A stretch of DNA of 63,899 bases, the filler included, from Octopus bimaculoides (taxonomy: Eukaryota), in NCBI RefSeq assembly GCF_001194135.2. It is 7 parts of 7 records of this genome, joined end to end, with 100 filler letters (N's around TTAATTAATTAA, not from the genome) between each part and the next. Parts side by side here need not be neighbours in the genome. Positions count along the whole stretch, not along the records: positions 61,853 to 63,899 come from NW_026344803.1; 6 more parts are not named here. The stretch is one strand, 5' to 3'. A model generated the notes under the pieces. The model was not told the DNA's origin. It ran no database searches and worked only from the letters and a program-made list of their open reading frames with translations. The position numbers were made by a program, and so were the translations under genes. Below, piece by piece: positions 63,857 to 63,899 of the stretch. Within the stretch, counting starts at the first letter, position 1, and each line of letters opens with the position of its first letter.

Positions 63857-63899
<43 letters not shown>

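Overview
Eukaryotic, AT-rich, gap-riddled and microsatellite-saturated DNA. The SINE and transposon repertoire looks like an Octopus (cephalopod) draft assembly; this is my pattern recognition, not a database result. Two host protein-coding exons are recognisable, both from paired-like homeobox genes. (1) On the minus strand, the first coding exon of a probable Vsx/Chx10 gene (12962-13346, eh1/octapeptide RSPFAIQELLGL). (2) On the plus strand, the terminal exon of Rx/Rax (60920-61399, VWFQNRRAKWRRQEK plus OAR motif). As assembled, the two retinal-progenitor regulators point away from each other, with about 47.6 kb between the Vsx ATG and the Rx last exon. The remaining exons of both genes are not visible. 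Four artificial N44-TTAATTAATTAA-N44 contig linkers lie between the two exons, so the linkage needs independent confirmation. The rest of the window is transposon debris: dozens of tRNA-derived SINEs from several families, R4/Dong, Penelope-like, L1/Tx1-like and other LINE fragments, four Tc1/mariner relics, a hAT MITE, a decayed Helitron with a locally duplicated Rep segment, and several long fold-back palindromes. No CRISPR array, rRNA or bona fide tRNA gene is supported. Most long ORFs in the supplied track are microsatellite or N-gap artefacts.
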